Source: Octopus sinensis
Lineage: Eukaryota
NCBI RefSeq assembly: GCF_006345805.1
Contig: NC_043015.1
Location: forward strand, 38,192,001 to 38,256,000
Length of the DNA stretch: 64,000 nucleotides
Direction of reading: 5' to 3'
The notes under the pieces were generated by a model. That model saw only the letters and a program-made list of their open reading frames with translations. It ran no database searches and had not been told where the DNA came from. A program made the translations under genes and the position numbers. This document shows, in pieces, positions 14,440 through 28,530 of this stretch (its first letter is position 1; each line of letters begins with the position of its first letter).

Positions 14440-14890
14440 ATACTTCTATTATAATCACATGATCAAATGACAACAATCTTATTCTGATATCCGACATTCT
14501 GAGCTCCAGTCCTGCCGAGGTCAGCTTTGCCTCTCCTTCTTTCAAGGTCGATAAAATAAATTAGAAGCATATGGTTTGAGTGTTGCACTCACGATTGTGA
14601 CATTATAGTTTCGATTCTAGGTCCGGGCAATGTGTGGTATTGCAGTCCCTAAAATAGGAAAAGTTAAGATGGTCACGGAGGGACGCTTTTTGATTACAGA
14701 TTCGTTTGAACATGGCTGACAAGTATTTAAAGGACAACAGCACAGCATTGTCCTATTGGCAGAATCGTTAGAGTATAACATAAAAGGGTTCACTGTATTT
14801 GGTCTGACACACTGCATTCTGAGTTCAAATCTCTCCGAAGTTAACATTTCCGTTCATCCTTTCAAGATCGATAAAATTAGTTACCAGTAT
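14440..14890 (+). mobile_element. Two degenerate family A SINE copies
   Basis: ctgccgaggtcagctttgcctctccttctttcaaggtcgataaaataa (~14510) and ggcagaatcgttag...gagttcaaatctctccgaagttaacatttccgttcatcctttcaagatcgataaa (~14757-14890). Confidence 0.75.
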
Positions 14891-15409
14891 GGGAAAGATC
14901 GTTTCGTAGTGGTTATGGTGCTCTGCTCAGGGACGTAAGATCATGGTTTCGCCCCACCACTTCATTTCACGTTGCCGCAGTCCACTCAGCTGTGAATGGG
15001 TTCAAGCAATAGCTTGGACGTTAACCTCTGAATGCGACCGGTGCCCCGTTCACAGATAGAGTGAGTATTCTTTTATTTGAATCGCAGTCCCTTATATGAT
15101 GCGGAAAGGGGGTTAAACTGCGGTTGTAAAAGAAAGCATCTTATTTTGTTCATCATGCTTTATATCTTAAGAAGGTGTTGTAGACTTTTATTCTCCCTCG
15201 TATCGTGATCATTTGTAGCGTATGACCTGATGAGTTACATTCTCTCCCCCATGAACCCAAGTTCAGCCATATTTTGCTTCAGACACGTTGGTACGCATCC
15301 TGTTGCTCCAATAATATAAACGTGTGTATTGTCTTTTATTTTTAGACGTCTTCTTGTAAGGCAGTAAATGGTTTCTTACGACACAAAGCTCAATCGCAGG
15401 AATATAGCT

Positions 15410-15710
15410 AGCAGAAACAAATTCACATTCTGAACTTGAGAAAAGTCTTGCATATTTTTATTGTTCCACTTACGAAATGTATTTGTAATGTGAGAGTTAG
15501 CTGCTTGTGTCTTTTTCTGAAAACCTTCAACTTTTCCAAACTGTCACAGATTCATTGACCCACTGAAGCCATCTGCACCAATTCATTATTGGTGTAAATG
15601 TGAATTTATAATCCGGATGTAGAAGCTGGAGGTATCGAAGCAGTTGTCCACCGTTGTTCTCTCCCTCTTCGTTTCTCGAAGAGATATCCTCGTCAGCAGT
15701 GACGACTGAC
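15410..15710 (-). mobile_element. 3' fragment of RLE-type (R4/Dong- or NeSL-like) non-LTR retrotransposon
   Basis: Minus strand reads ADEDISSRNEEGENNGGQLLRYLQLLHPDYKFTFTPI and, after frameshifts, LTLQIHFVSGTIKICKTFLKFRM*. This resembles the restriction-like endonuclease C-terminus. Confidence 0.7.
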
Positions 15711-16030
15711 CACTGTAATTGTACAAACTATTTTGTATGTCCCTTGTATGCAAATGTCAACGTATGTATCGATGTGTTTGTCGGCACTGATAGATGTATC
15801 TTTATGCTTAATATAAACATAGTAATATGTTAACGCCGATACAAACATTACTTGACGAGAAGCATAAAATATGTCTTATTGTAAACGGTGCATTTGACAA
15901 GTAATTGCGCGTCCCCGTCTTAAGAAGCCACTACAAAGGTTTTTATAGGACGTGTACGCATGATTATGTAAGCCCATGTATTTATGTGTTTGAATAAGTG
16001 CATGTATATTTATAGATATGTATTTGTATG

Positions 16031-16084
<54 letters not shown>

Positions 16085-16488
16085 GGTATGTGTGTGTATT
16101 TGTATGACGTTAAATCGGCTTCGCAGGAAAGGCCTTCAGCAGATACAGACTGCCTCTATATTTATGTATATCCATTTACAAGTATATATATTTATATGTG
16201 TATAATATATGTGTGTATATATATATATATATATTAGTGTGTGTTTATATATATATATATGTATATATATATACCTATATATAGATGTATATATTATGTA
16301 TAGTATATATATATATGCATATGTATGAATGTGTGTATGTATGAATGTGTGTGTGTCTGTGTGTCACTGTTTGCTTCTTAATCTTACATGTGTATGTCGT
16401 TTATTTGGTTATAGAAGTTTTATATATACATCAATAATGACACTATTTTTAATGGTGTGCACACCCATTAACTATTATATAAACATAC

Positions 16489-16524
<36 letters not shown>

Positions 16525-16557
16525 GTATGTATATATACACATATATGTGTGTATATA

Positions 16558-16605
<48 letters not shown>

Positions 16606-17069
16606 CATTGGGTGACTTTTCATGTCTTGAGACCTACTTCTCTTTCTTTCACTTTGTCCCTCTCTCTTTCTCTCTTTCCCTCTCTCTCTCTCTTTCTCTC
16701 TCTCTCTCTTTCTCTTTGTCTGTCTTTTCCTCTGTCCATATACCTCTACACCCTCTCACGCTCCGCCACTCACATCTCTCACTCATATCTTTTGGCTTGT
16801 TTCACTCATTAGACTGCGGGCATGATGGGGAACTGCCTTGAATATATAACACCCACACATTGATGTATGTATATATTCACAGAGAGAGAGAGAGAGCGCA
16901 AGTGATATGTGTGTGTGTGTGTGTGTGTGTACATGGCAATCCTTCGCTATTGGTATACGACGTCATTCAACCACGACCTTCCCTCGTGACATAGACAAAG
17001 AGGCTGAAAAAGAACGTGTATGACAACATTTCTTCACATCGACGAAGGTTCGCCATATGTACATATGCT

Positions 17070-17107
<38 letters not shown>

Positions 17108-17654
17108 GGCAGAGAGACACGCACACACAAAGAGGTATACACACACACATAAACGGCTATGTGTGAGACTATATATTTGCTCCACTCAGCGAATCAGGGC
17201 AGCTGTTAATATCAATCCTTTAAGTAATTGATTCGATAGAGATCAATAAAACAAATACCAGATTGAAATTTGATATCGGGGTTGCCCCAGTCTGGCCGTA
17301 GTGCAACGACTAAAGCGCAAGGAAAAACAATAAACTACAATATTGAGAATAAATAAGAAGCAAAGAGCGCAGAGGTCGCTGGGGTGTTAAACGGAGCTGT
17401 GTGAAAGAGAAACAAGTTGTAGTCACGCTGTAGATGGCGTTGCGGTGCTGAATGAACAAAAAGTGTTATGTTCAAGAAAAGTATGCTAGAGGGCGCTGAA
17501 GTGCTAATTCTCAGTGAGATTTGACACACAGCTACGCTTCAAAGACTTTATTTACATACTTGATGGGTGGCGGGGGGGTGAGGAGGGGCTAAATCAAACA
17601 AACCCCACCACGAGGATTTCCTCTTTTCCATTTAATGAATTCCTTAACTCACCC

Positions 17655-17916
17655 CCATCTCACCACCACCCTCTCTCTCTCTCTCTCTCTTCCTCTCTCC
17701 CTCTCTCCCTTTCTAGCTTTCTTCATCTCTATCGTGATATTTCTCTCTCTTTCTCTGTCCATCTATCTTTCTCTTACTCTTTCTTTCTCACTTCCATCCC
17801 ACCTCTCTCTCTCTCTCTCTCTCTTCTCTCATTTTATTTCTTTTACACTATTTTTCTTTCTCCCATTCTCTCCTCACTCTCTCTCTTTCTCTCTCTCTCC
17901 ATTTCTCTCTCTCTCC

Positions 17917-17965
<49 letters not shown>

Positions 17966-18190
17966 GCCTCTTTTCTCTCCTTTCCGTTAATCCCTCTTTC
18001 ACTAAATTACGTGTTTCCCTCACTCTCATTTTTCTCTCTGTAAAGTTAACACTTTCCTTTTCCCTCTAAACCCTCCTCCCTGTCTCTATCTTCTTCTCCC
18101 CCTCTCTCTCTCTCTATCTTCTTCTCCCCCTCTCTCTCTCTCTATCTTCTTCTCCCCCTCTCTCTCTCTCTATCTCACTCGTTCTCTTTC
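17655..18190. repeat. (CT)n-rich polypyrimidine tract with 3 copies of a ~30-bp unit (ctctatcttcttctccccc...)
   Basis: Direct inspection. Confidence 0.9.
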
Positions 18191-18689
18191 AACGTTTCGA
18201 CATCTTTGCTCTTTTTCAATACTACCTCGTTTTTTTTTAGTTCAGGGAGATAACCAAAAGTACCGACACTTCTCTTAAAACGTGGGGAGATAACCCAATA
18301 TTTTAATGGGGGGCAACATTTCCAAAAATTGCCGGGATGCAGACGAATGCTGTTGAAAAAGCTACCCAGTTAATGTGCAGAGGTGCACTCGGCCACAATT
18401 CTGTGCAGATGTTCCCACGTTGCACATAGGTGTGGTCACCTTTCGTTCTTAAGGCACGTGATTTTTATTTCTGATATAATGGCCCCTTAGTCCGTGACAA
18501 GGGCAGTCAATCCTTTATTATGAGGGGATGATAAGATGTGGACATTTTGAATATTTTGTGTGTTGATGCCAGCAATTGAAATTGTGGGTGAGGAGGAAAT
18601 TCCAGTTGGTGGTATTTCTGGCGAGGCAGGATTGGGGGAGGGGCTTCGAGTGGGGAGTGAAAGGCAGTGTCGTTGTTATTACCGTTGTT

Positions 18690-19020
18690 ATAATAATGAT
18701 TATGATGATGATGATGGTGACGATGACGATGATGATGATGATGATGATGATGGGGTAAAGGTGGTGGTGATGGTGGTGGTGGTGATGATGACGATGGTGG
18801 TTGTGGTGATGGTGGTGATGGTGGTTGTGGTGGTGGTGGTGGTGGGGTGGTGGTGGTGGTGGTGGTGGTGGTAGTGGTGGTGGTGATGATGTGATGATGA
18901 GGATGATCATGATGATGATGATCACGACGATGATGATGATGATCACGACGATGATGATGACGACGATGTTGATGATGATGACGTTGGTGATGCTGAAGCT
19001 GTCACCAATGACGATGATCA
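18690..19020. repeat. (GAT)n/(GGT)n compound microsatellite
   Basis: Direct inspection. Confidence 0.95.
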
Positions 19021-19712
19021 AACTGACTCATTTACAGTCAAAATCGTCCGAATGGAGACCATCCCGCCTTTCACGTGTCAGGCACAGTCCATCTAGGACC
19101 ACCTCATCCAACATGTCCCCCTCCTCCACCCAATCGATGGGGTATGATTTGAAGCAGATTTAGGGTACTTTGATGATGTTTGTGGCAGCAAGGATAATCT
19201 TATGAAGGACTTGGTGACGTCACCAGCTTACACGGAATCAGGATGTTGCTGGATTGCAACCGCCCTTAGGGGTGGGGGTGAGGGACAGGGGTGAACACAG
19301 CAACAACAACAACAATAGTAGCAACAAGAACTATGACAACGATGATATTGAATAATGAATAATCTAAATGGTTTATTCATTGATCATCGATTGACGAACA
19401 TGGATTGGATATATATATATATGAGCGAATGTTGCATGTGTGTGTGTCTGTCTGTCTGTCTGCCTATGTACGCCCATATATACCCAGTTGTATTTGTGAA
19501 ACTTGAAAATGTACACGCGTGCACACGCACAAGCAAACGCACAATATATACACATAGTATATATACACATATACACATAGTATATATACACATATACACA
19601 TAGTATATATTGAGGCAGTGATACAGATTAACACAATTAGGCTTCACCCACATTTATACACACGCACACACACACACGCACATATATATATATATATATG
19701 TATGTATGAATA

Positions 19713-19755
<43 letters not shown>

Positions 19756-19827
19756 TATACATACATACATATATACATACATACATACATGCATACATAC
19801 ATACATACATACATATATACTCACACA

Positions 19828-19864
<37 letters not shown>

Positions 19865-20059
19865 TCAGGCTGAAAGCATTTCATTATTCATAAACATTTG
19901 ATATTTTCAAATATCAATCCTAAAACGCAGTTTTTCTTTTTCCGTTACGAAGAACTAAAAAAGTCATCCGCTGTGATTCGCCACTATTTTCCTCGCCTCG
20001 TCTTTCGTCTTCTTTTCTATTATTACTGGCAGAGGGGAAGGAAACAAATACTTAGCGAC

Positions 20060-20640
20060 ATTTCTTCTGGCCATTCAGGTTCTGATTTCACATTCCTCCT
20101 CTGAGGTCGACTTTGCTTCTCATTCTTTCCGGGTCAAAAGAATAAGTACCAGTAATTAATGGGGTCGGGGCAATCGATTTGTACCCTCAAAACTGCTGAC
20201 CTAGCGCCTAAGTTTAAAAGGTGGCAAACTGGCGGATTCGGAAGCGCATCTGACAAAATGCTTTGTGCTAATTTTTCCTCACTCTTTACCTTCTGAGTTC
20301 AAATCTTGTTGAGGTCAGTTTCATTTTTCATCCTTTCGGGATCAATAAAATAAGTACCAGTTGAACACTGGGGTAGATGTAATCAACTAAGCCCTTCCTT
20401 CAACTTTCAGGCTCTGTGCCTCGAGTAGAAGCAATTATAACTGGCAGTGGTGTGGCTGACTAATACATAGTAACGTATCTTCCAACTCTCCAAGTTCCCT
20501 GTTCAAATACTGCCGAGGTCGACTTTGTTTTGCATCCTCTCGGACTTGATAAAATAAAGTACCAGACAAGTGTGAGAGTCGGTGATATCGACTTACAATC
20601 TCTCCTCAAAGCACAAGGCCTTGGGACTAAATTAGAAACA
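20060..20640 (+). mobile_element. Cluster of three family A SINE copies
   Basis: The core gaggtcgactttg...cat(t/c)ct...aaataagtaccag occurs at ~20103, ~20311 and ~20515. Confidence 0.8.
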
Positions 20641-20894
20641 CTTAAGGGAGTTAATTTTGGAGCTCTTACACCCAGTAACCGCGGGGCCTGGTCATTGGTG
20701 GACCACAGAAAAATGCCGGAAGATCTCTAAAGGGTATACTTATATAAACAATAGAATTTGATATATATTAAAAAATAACGCAAAAAATATACAAAACCCG
20801 ACACTTACAACAATTACACAAACCACTCAAAAACAATTACAGGATATGAGCAACTCATTGTCTTGTATTTATCTTTTAGGTTCTACCTTTTTAG

Positions 20895-21070
20895 TCATTG
20901 GGCTGTGGCCACGCTGGGGCACCACCACGAAAAGTTTAGTCCAGCAAATTTACCCCCAGTACTTATTTTTAAGTGTGGTATTTATTATATCGATCCCTTA
21001 TGACGGATCGCAAAGTCATTGGGATGTCAGCAAAACAACTCCCGTTCTGAAGCGGTGGTTAGAACAAACG
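20895..21070 (-). mobile_element. SINE family B, 3' portion
   Basis: gtcattgggctgtggccacgctggggcaccacc...cagtacttatt matches the tail of the full copy. Confidence 0.75.
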
Positions 21071-21108
21071 TAAATACAAGAGCGCAGACGCACATGCATA
21101 TATAATAT

Positions 21109-21142
<34 letters not shown>

Positions 21143-21994
21143 ATATATAATATATGTACAGTGATTATATGGGGTAAATTACCCAGCGGGTATCGTAAGA
21201 GCTCTCAGGTATATTCCCAGTTCTTGTTAACAACACCAAATAGTCAGAAGCATCAAATATCGCTTTGAGTAATCCCACGATAATTCTTCGGATTAGTAAA
21301 TCCAAGTTCATTTCGCTGGATTATGAATATTTTCGGGATAATAAATCCAAAACAATTACAAAGAATACGAAAATTGGTACATCTTCAAAATCACTCCCAA
21401 GACATTGGTCGGTTCGGGGCTAAAGTAGAAGTCCTTTGCTCAAGTTGATGCGGACTGGAATTGAAACTGCAACCATGTTGTTGTAAAGTGAGCTTCTGAA
21501 CCATGCAGTCATGCGTTCAACATTATCAACGGTTTCATAAAACAGAACACAGAATTCATTCCACAAGACCATTAACGAACACGAATAAAATACTACTAGG
21601 CACTTTACCAATAACAAACCATAAGGGAAATTAAAATATAATTTATTGACTGAAAAAAACCCTTATTGAAAGAAATCAACATTTTTTTATAGTTTTATAA
21701 ACAATACATTTAGCGATAAATATAAAATAAAACAAAATTATTTAGTATATTGATTCATACCGCAACAAATACGACGAAAATTGACTTATCGTTCATCAGA
21801 ATATCTGAAAAAAAGAATAGAAAATATAATTTCAGAGAAGGCCAATGGGGGCCCAGTTGAACCCCAATGGCCATATTTTATGCTATAACATCCATATGAC
21901 TGGACGTTTTTAACCCAAAATTTGTCTGTGCATACATAAACTATTGACAATGAAAGTCATGAAATATAAAATCATTTAAATAAAAAATGTAAAA

Positions 21995-22449
21995 GTTACT
22001 CTTTTACTCTTTTACTTGTTTCAGTCATTTGGTTGCGGCCATGCTGGAGCACTGCCTTTAGTCGAGCAAATCGACCCCATGACTTATTCTTTGGAAGCCT
22101 AGTACTTATTCTATCGGTCTCTTTTGTCGAACCGCTAAGTTACGGGGACGTAAACACACCACCATCGGTTGTCAAGCGATGTTGGGGGGACAAACACAGA
22201 CACACAAACATATACACACACACATACATACATATACATACATACATATATATATACGACGGGCTTCTTTCAGTTTCCGTCTACCAAATCAACTCACAAG
22301 GCTTTGGTCGGCCCGAGGCTATAGTAGAAGACACTTGCCCAAGGTGCCACGCAGTGGGACTGAACCCGGAACCATGTGGTTGTTATCAACCACATGGTTC
22401 CAGGTTCAGTCCCACTGCAAACTTCTTACCACACAACCACTCCTGCGCC
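21995..22449 (-). mobile_element. Near full-length tRNA-derived SINE (family B, CORE-like)
   Basis: On the minus strand: head ggcgcaggagtggttgtgtggtaag..., B-box-like ccgggttcagtccc, CORE-like gcaccttgggcaagtgtcttctact, and tail ...tgactgaaacaagt(aaaagagt)n. Confidence 0.88.
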
Positions 22450-22831
22450 ATTTTAATAGTTGCATAACTTTTAAAATTTGCTAGGGTCGCAACGGACCCC
22501 GCCAGCTCACGAAGGTTTAATAGAAGCAATATTCCTAAAATTCTGCTATGTGAAAATAAACTCACAATAAAAATAAAAGACTATTTGATTGTTGATGCAT
22601 CAATTTAACGGTGGAAATCCTATCTCACTACTGATGTCATCAGAAATATCATTGACCCTGTCTAATGTAAAGCGTCAACAACATGCGCTAACTGCACTAC
22701 ATACGGAAGGTGAGACCACGAAAGATTTCAGAATCTACTAGTAACTCAAATGATAATATGAAATTTAAAAAATTCAATCTCTAGACCACAATGTTTGCCT
22801 AGATTCAAAATACACATATACACCTGCATAC

Positions 22832-22862
<31 letters not shown>

Positions 22863-23273
22863 AGTAGTAGTAGTAGTAGTAGTAGTATAGTAGTAGTAGT
22901 AGCGAAAACTAAACGTCTGACAGGTGGGCAAAAACTGTCGCCTAAAAAGAAAGATAAGATAAGTTATCTGTTTGTATAATCGTGACATGTTTCGTTGACT
23001 TCGAGTGCTTCTGGTTACGTGAAACCGATGCAGCATGTTGCACGGTGGAGCCATCGGTGACTAGACAGGCAACGCCACCGAGCCGGGTGGGTGGGTGAGT
23101 AGGGTGGGTTTTGGGACACCCTTCTGGGACGAAAACCAAGACCTGCCGAAGGTCGAATCACCGCGGAAGGATCGACGGCTTGTATGAGGTCAAATCATTA
23201 AACTACAATTGTTCAAAGTGATGTCCCAGCAAGGCTGCAGTCTAAAGTGTGTGTGTGTGTGTTTGTGTGTGTG

Positions 23274-23346
<73 letters not shown>

Positions 23347-23728
23347 CCTTTTTACTTTGGAATATGTTGTAAATACACGACTGTGTTTAGGTTAATTCTT
23401 TTTCGTTAAAAGCTTTTCCCGTTCCCTCTTCGATCCTTTTTTAACCCAGTTTGAAACGATAGCATTTTTCTGTCCCTTAATATTTTATAACTTCCTCGGT
23501 CTCAACTTTTAATATTTCGGCACAGACGTCGTTGTGTAATTTTTAAAAAAGGTCATTTTACAACCACTAGGTTCCTAGTTCGATCCTACGCTATAGCTTG
23601 ACCACATGTCTTCTACTTATAAACTCTGATGTGTGTGTGTGCGTGTGTGTGTGTGCATGTATGAATGTATGTCGGTAAAATATATATTTGTATATATTTC
23701 GCGACTCATATGTATATATATATAAACG

Positions 23729-23764
<36 letters not shown>

Positions 23765-24956
23765 ATATACATATTTATATATAAAACGTGAGTGTGCGTC
23801 GTGCGTGTCTGCATCGCAATATAGACGTACATATGTAGATGCGTCGGCTAATCTCTTGATCTCTCTTATACATTGTTCAACTTTCTTGCTCTCTCATTCA
23901 CGCCCCCACCCCCTCACCCCACCCGCTCTCCCTCTCTCTCTCTCTCCTCATCCCTCTCTCCACGTCTTCCATCGTCCATTGTCATGTCACGTCCTGCTCC
24001 TCCTCCTCCTCCTCCTCCTTAGCCTATCATATTACTTCACAAAATACCTCGCCGTCTTCTGGGATTTCTATCCAAACAAACATCTATTCAACAGCTCACC
24101 ATCGAAGCTCTCTCTCTCTCTCTCCTTCCTCCACAGACTCGCCATGCATCTTCCCTTCCTATCTTCGCATTGTTTATTGGTTTACCTATATTTTTATGTC
24201 GATGTGGACAACTCCATACATGTCTACAAACACCGGGCGTGCTTGTTCGTTACGAGGCAATACTTATCTCGCCAACCAGATAAACTATTCGATACTTCTT
24301 GAAATGCAATTAAATATATTGATTTATTATTAATACGTTAGTTGACAGGTATATTGTGGTTCTAATTCGATTAGCTTTTGATCACCTCGTTGCTTAACTT
24401 CGCTGATAAATTCACGTCTCGTCACAGCTTAGCATTTACTCTTTAATCTTTATTCTTTTTGCTGATGTAGTGGTTTCAGTAATTTGACCGCGGTCATGCT
24501 GGAGCACCGCCTTTTGGAGTCGGGTTGGTTAGTCGAAAAAATCGAGCACAGAACTTATAATTATTAGTACAGGACTTAAGTAAGAGGAGACAAAGCAAAG
24601 CCATTTATTATGCAGGAGGAAACAAAAGCACTTAGAAAGAATTATATTGTCTTTGTACACCATTTCCGTGTTAGTACAGACACTCCTTGTTCTTTTGTCA
24701 CAGACAATGTGACCTTATCAACCATAATATGCTTCTTGTACACTTTTACCGCGTCTGTACACACCCCTTGCATCTCCTCGCCAACCATGACCTTATCTGT
24801 GATGTTACTCTTCTCCTACACCGCCTTCGTGTTCCTATACATCTCTTGTTCTTTCGTCACAAGTTTCGAGGGACGTGAAATCGTTTCCAACGCTGGAGTT
24901 CAAAATAGATAAAGCCATAAATAATAACATGGTAATATTTTGAGAAGGTAAACAAC

Positions 24957-25185
24957 GCGGGCGTGGCTCTGTGGTAAAGAAGCTTGCTTCCCAGCCTCTT
25001 GGTCCCTGGTTCAGTCCCACTGCATGGCACCTTGGGCAAGTGTCTTCTACTATATCCTCCGAACAACCAAAGACTAAGTACTAGGCTTACAAAGAATAAG
25101 TCCTGGGGTCGATTTACTCGACTAAAGGCGGTCCTCCAGCATGGCCGCAGTCAAATGACTGAAACAAGTAAAAGAGAGAGTAAAA
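24957..25185 (+). mobile_element. SINE family B (internally deleted)
   Basis: gcgggcgtggctctgtggtaaagaagcttgcttccc...gcaccttgggcaagtgtcttctacta...gcatggccgcagtcaaatgactgaaacaagtaaaagagag. Confidence 0.85.
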
Positions 25186-25566
25186 GATATATTTCCATAT
25201 TTCCATCGACCAGAATCAGCCACAAGACCTTGGTCGGTCCCAGACTATTGGTTAGAAGTCACTTACTCATGTTGCTGCACAGTGGAATTGAAACCATAGC
25301 CACGTGGTTGCAAAGCGAAGTATATTTATACACCACGCAAACAACTTCTCAGCAAGTATTGTAGAAAGATAATAATTTCCAAGATGTTTTACAAAAAAGT
25401 CACATCTTCCCAGCCGACACACAATACGGTATTTACACAGGCTTTTACGCCTCGCGTTTTTCTGTTGCTAAATAAATTTCTTTCTAAATAGAAAGCATAT
25501 TTATATTTCAGTACATTTCATTAAACTTTATCTAAACAGGATTTAACTAGTCTGGTGGGTGTATAT

Positions 25567-25637
<71 letters not shown>

Positions 25638-25884
25638 CAGATTAAATAACATTACCGTTGTACTAATCCACTTTTATTTTCATTATGTTTTTCTGTACAA
25701 TTACTGGGTAATTCTAATATTTTTTTTATTTAAGTACTGAAAAATTTTTCTTCTGCCTGGTTTATCTTTTTTAAGTCACTCATGACCTCACCGTGCGTAA
25801 TGCTTTAACTTGTGTCAATCTTCTTCAATAAATCTGGGGATCAAACCTTTCTCTTTTCCCCTTGTTTTACATACTTGACTCACG

Positions 25885-26065
25885 GACTCACACATTATTT
25901 TATTGACTCCGAAAAGATGAAAAGCGAAGTTCACCTCGACGGGATTTGAACTCAGAATGCAATAAACTAGAAGGAAAAGCGCATGCATTTTTTTCTGACA
26001 CCCTAACGTTTCTACTAACTCGCTGCCTTAATGGCTTCTAAGTTAGGCAAAAGGCCAGCAATTTT
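25885..26065 (-). mobile_element. SINE family A
   Basis: ccgaaaagatgaaaagcgaagttcacctcgacgggatttgaactcag...ctcgctgcc. Confidence 0.8.
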
Positions 26066-26260
26066 GAGGGGAAGATTCATTCGGGCAAGAAGGTACTGTC
26101 CTTTGTAACACACCTCTGCCATGTCTTCACAGTTTTCTTTGAGCCTGTCTTCTCCGGAGATATTTCATGCTACATCATAATAACCAAACTCATTTTATTG
26201 TTATAGATAATTTCGTTGTGTTTTTCCCTTGCCAAAGTCTAAAAATTTGCCATGTTTGTT

Positions 26261-26306
<46 letters not shown>

Positions 26307-26543
26307 CCAGCAGAAGCATTATTGTTATTATCATTATTATAAATATTATTGTTATCCTAATAAAAAGAACAAGAACAGTAAAAACAAGAAGGGGTGTGGG
26401 GCAGGAGAGGTAGGAGAGAGAGGAGGAAGAAAAGGAGGACAGCAGGAGTAGAAGGAGGTGGAGGAGGAGAGGTACTGGACAAAGGTGGTAGTGTATGCGG
26501 TGGTGGGATTGGTGGTGGTGGCGATGCTGCTGCTGGTGTAGGG

Positions 26544-26581
<38 letters not shown>

Positions 26582-26793
26582 CGACGACGACGACGACGAT
26601 AACCATGCTTAAGTTCCACATCCGGCTTACAAATTTATTTATGCATACACAAGCGCATGCATATACACACACATCCACACACACACATCCACACACACAT
26701 CCACACACACATCCACACACACACATCCACACACACACATCCACACACACACATCCACACACACACATCCACACACACAAATTCATCTTTTAA

Positions 26794-26828
<35 letters not shown>

Positions 26829-27227
26829 ATAATATGTAAATATATACAGGAAGCGAAACTTAAAATGATGAATACCATAATTATATTATTATGTAATTAT
26901 ATACACCAATATATATATACGCGCATACATACACATATGAACATATAAACACACACACACACATATGTAGATATACATAAAGATATATACATGTGTGTAT
27001 GTATGTATATATATGACGTCATAAGAATTGGGAAATTTTCAATGAGAACGTAGAGTTGGGGGGAACTGGATCTCGAAGTACATATAAAGGCATGTAAATA
27101 GCAGCATGTAAATATTTATAGCTTTATATACACTTCGAGATCGAATTCCTTGAAACGATATGCGTGTGTGTGTGTGTGGAGAGATAGAGAGAAAGAGAAG
27201 GGGAGCAACATGTGTGGGGCGTGTATA

Positions 27228-28530
27228 GAGGCATACCTCGTTTTACGTAACCCCGATTTACGAAACCTCATCTTTATGATTTGTAGATGAAAAACGAAAC
27301 TGTCCTGCTTTTTGGATTTGAAGTGTCAGTGCCTGCCCCCCCCCCCGACTTCCTTCACGCTAGCCTCCATTTTATCTTCCTTTATTCCATTCTTCTGTTG
27401 TTTTTTTTTTCAAATTTTTACGCATTTTTATTTTTTTTTTAATGCCCTTGAGATGGCTTCAAAAAATAAGAATTCTGAGATGCAAAGCAAGAATAAGAAG
27501 AAACGTAAAGCAATTACTTCAGAAACAGAATACGAATTGATTAAACAACACAAAAAAGGTACAACTGTTAAAGATTTATCAAAGAAAAAAATGATATGGC
27601 TTCGTCATCTGTTTGTACCATCTTGAAGCAAAAGGAAGTTCATTTCAATAAAGTTAAAGGAAGTCACTCTCTAAGTTCAACTTGATTATGAAGAAAAGAT
27701 AATGAAAGTTTAATTTCACGCACAGAAAAAACTTCTCACAGCTTGGATTATCGATTAAATTCATAATCTTCACATGCCACTTAGTCAGGCTATAATTTGC
27801 AGTAAAGCAATTTCTCTTTTTAATTCGCTTAAGGATAAATCAGATGGATCAAACGAAACATTTGTATTGTCTCGATCGTTTCAAAAAAACGAGCAAATCT
27901 ACACAATGGGAAGACCCAAGGAGAACCGTCTGGCGCAGATCAAAAAACTGCAGAAACTGTTCCTCGCCAATTAGAAGATCTGATTGGAGAAGAAGGTTTT
28001 ATATGGCCTCAAACATTTAATGTGGATGAGACGGCCATTTTGGGAACGAATGCCTTCGAAGACTTTTATTGCGAGAGAAGAAACTTCAATGCCGGGATTC
28101 AAAGCTTCAAAAGATAGGATAACATTGCTGCGGAGAAGAACTTGTGAAGGGGACTGCACACTCAAGCCCATGCTTATTTATCGATCTGAAAACCCCCGCG
28201 CTATAACAGGAATTGATAAGACGAAACTTGCTGTAACCTGGAAGCATGACCAAAATGCTTAGGTGACAGGAACTCTTGTTTGAAGATTGGTTTTTCTAAT
28301 CATTTTGTTCCCGAAGTAGAAAAGTATTGTAAGGATAAAAAAAAATTCCCTTTCAAGATTCTTTTGATAATGGATAATGCCCCCAGTCATGTCGCATTTT
28401 TAAAGCATTACCATCAAAATATTAATGTTGTTTTTTTACCTCCCAATGCAACATCTTATAGCCCATGGATTAAGGACCCATTTCATCGTTTAAATCTTAC
28501 AATCTCCCTAAAATATAACGTGTCTTGAAT
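27228..28530 (+). mobile_element. Degenerate Tigger/pogo-like DNA transposon (CENP-B-type HTH plus DDE_1 transposase pseudogene)
   Basis: TA followed by gaggcatacctcgttttacg (Tigger1-like TIR). Broken frames read KKRKAITSETEYELIKQH, MPLSQAIICSKAISLF, RMPSKTFIAREETSMPGFKASKDRITLL, KPMLIYRSENPRA and FKILLIMDNAPSH...VVFLPPNATS. There are multiple stops and frameshifts, and no right TIR was found. Confidence 0.93.

Noticed and set aside
21160-22520. Possible old piggyBac-like MITE (TTAA-ccttcgtgagctggcggggtcc... at 22520, minus strand) interrupted by a SINE
   Set aside because: A matching opposite terminus could not be identified.
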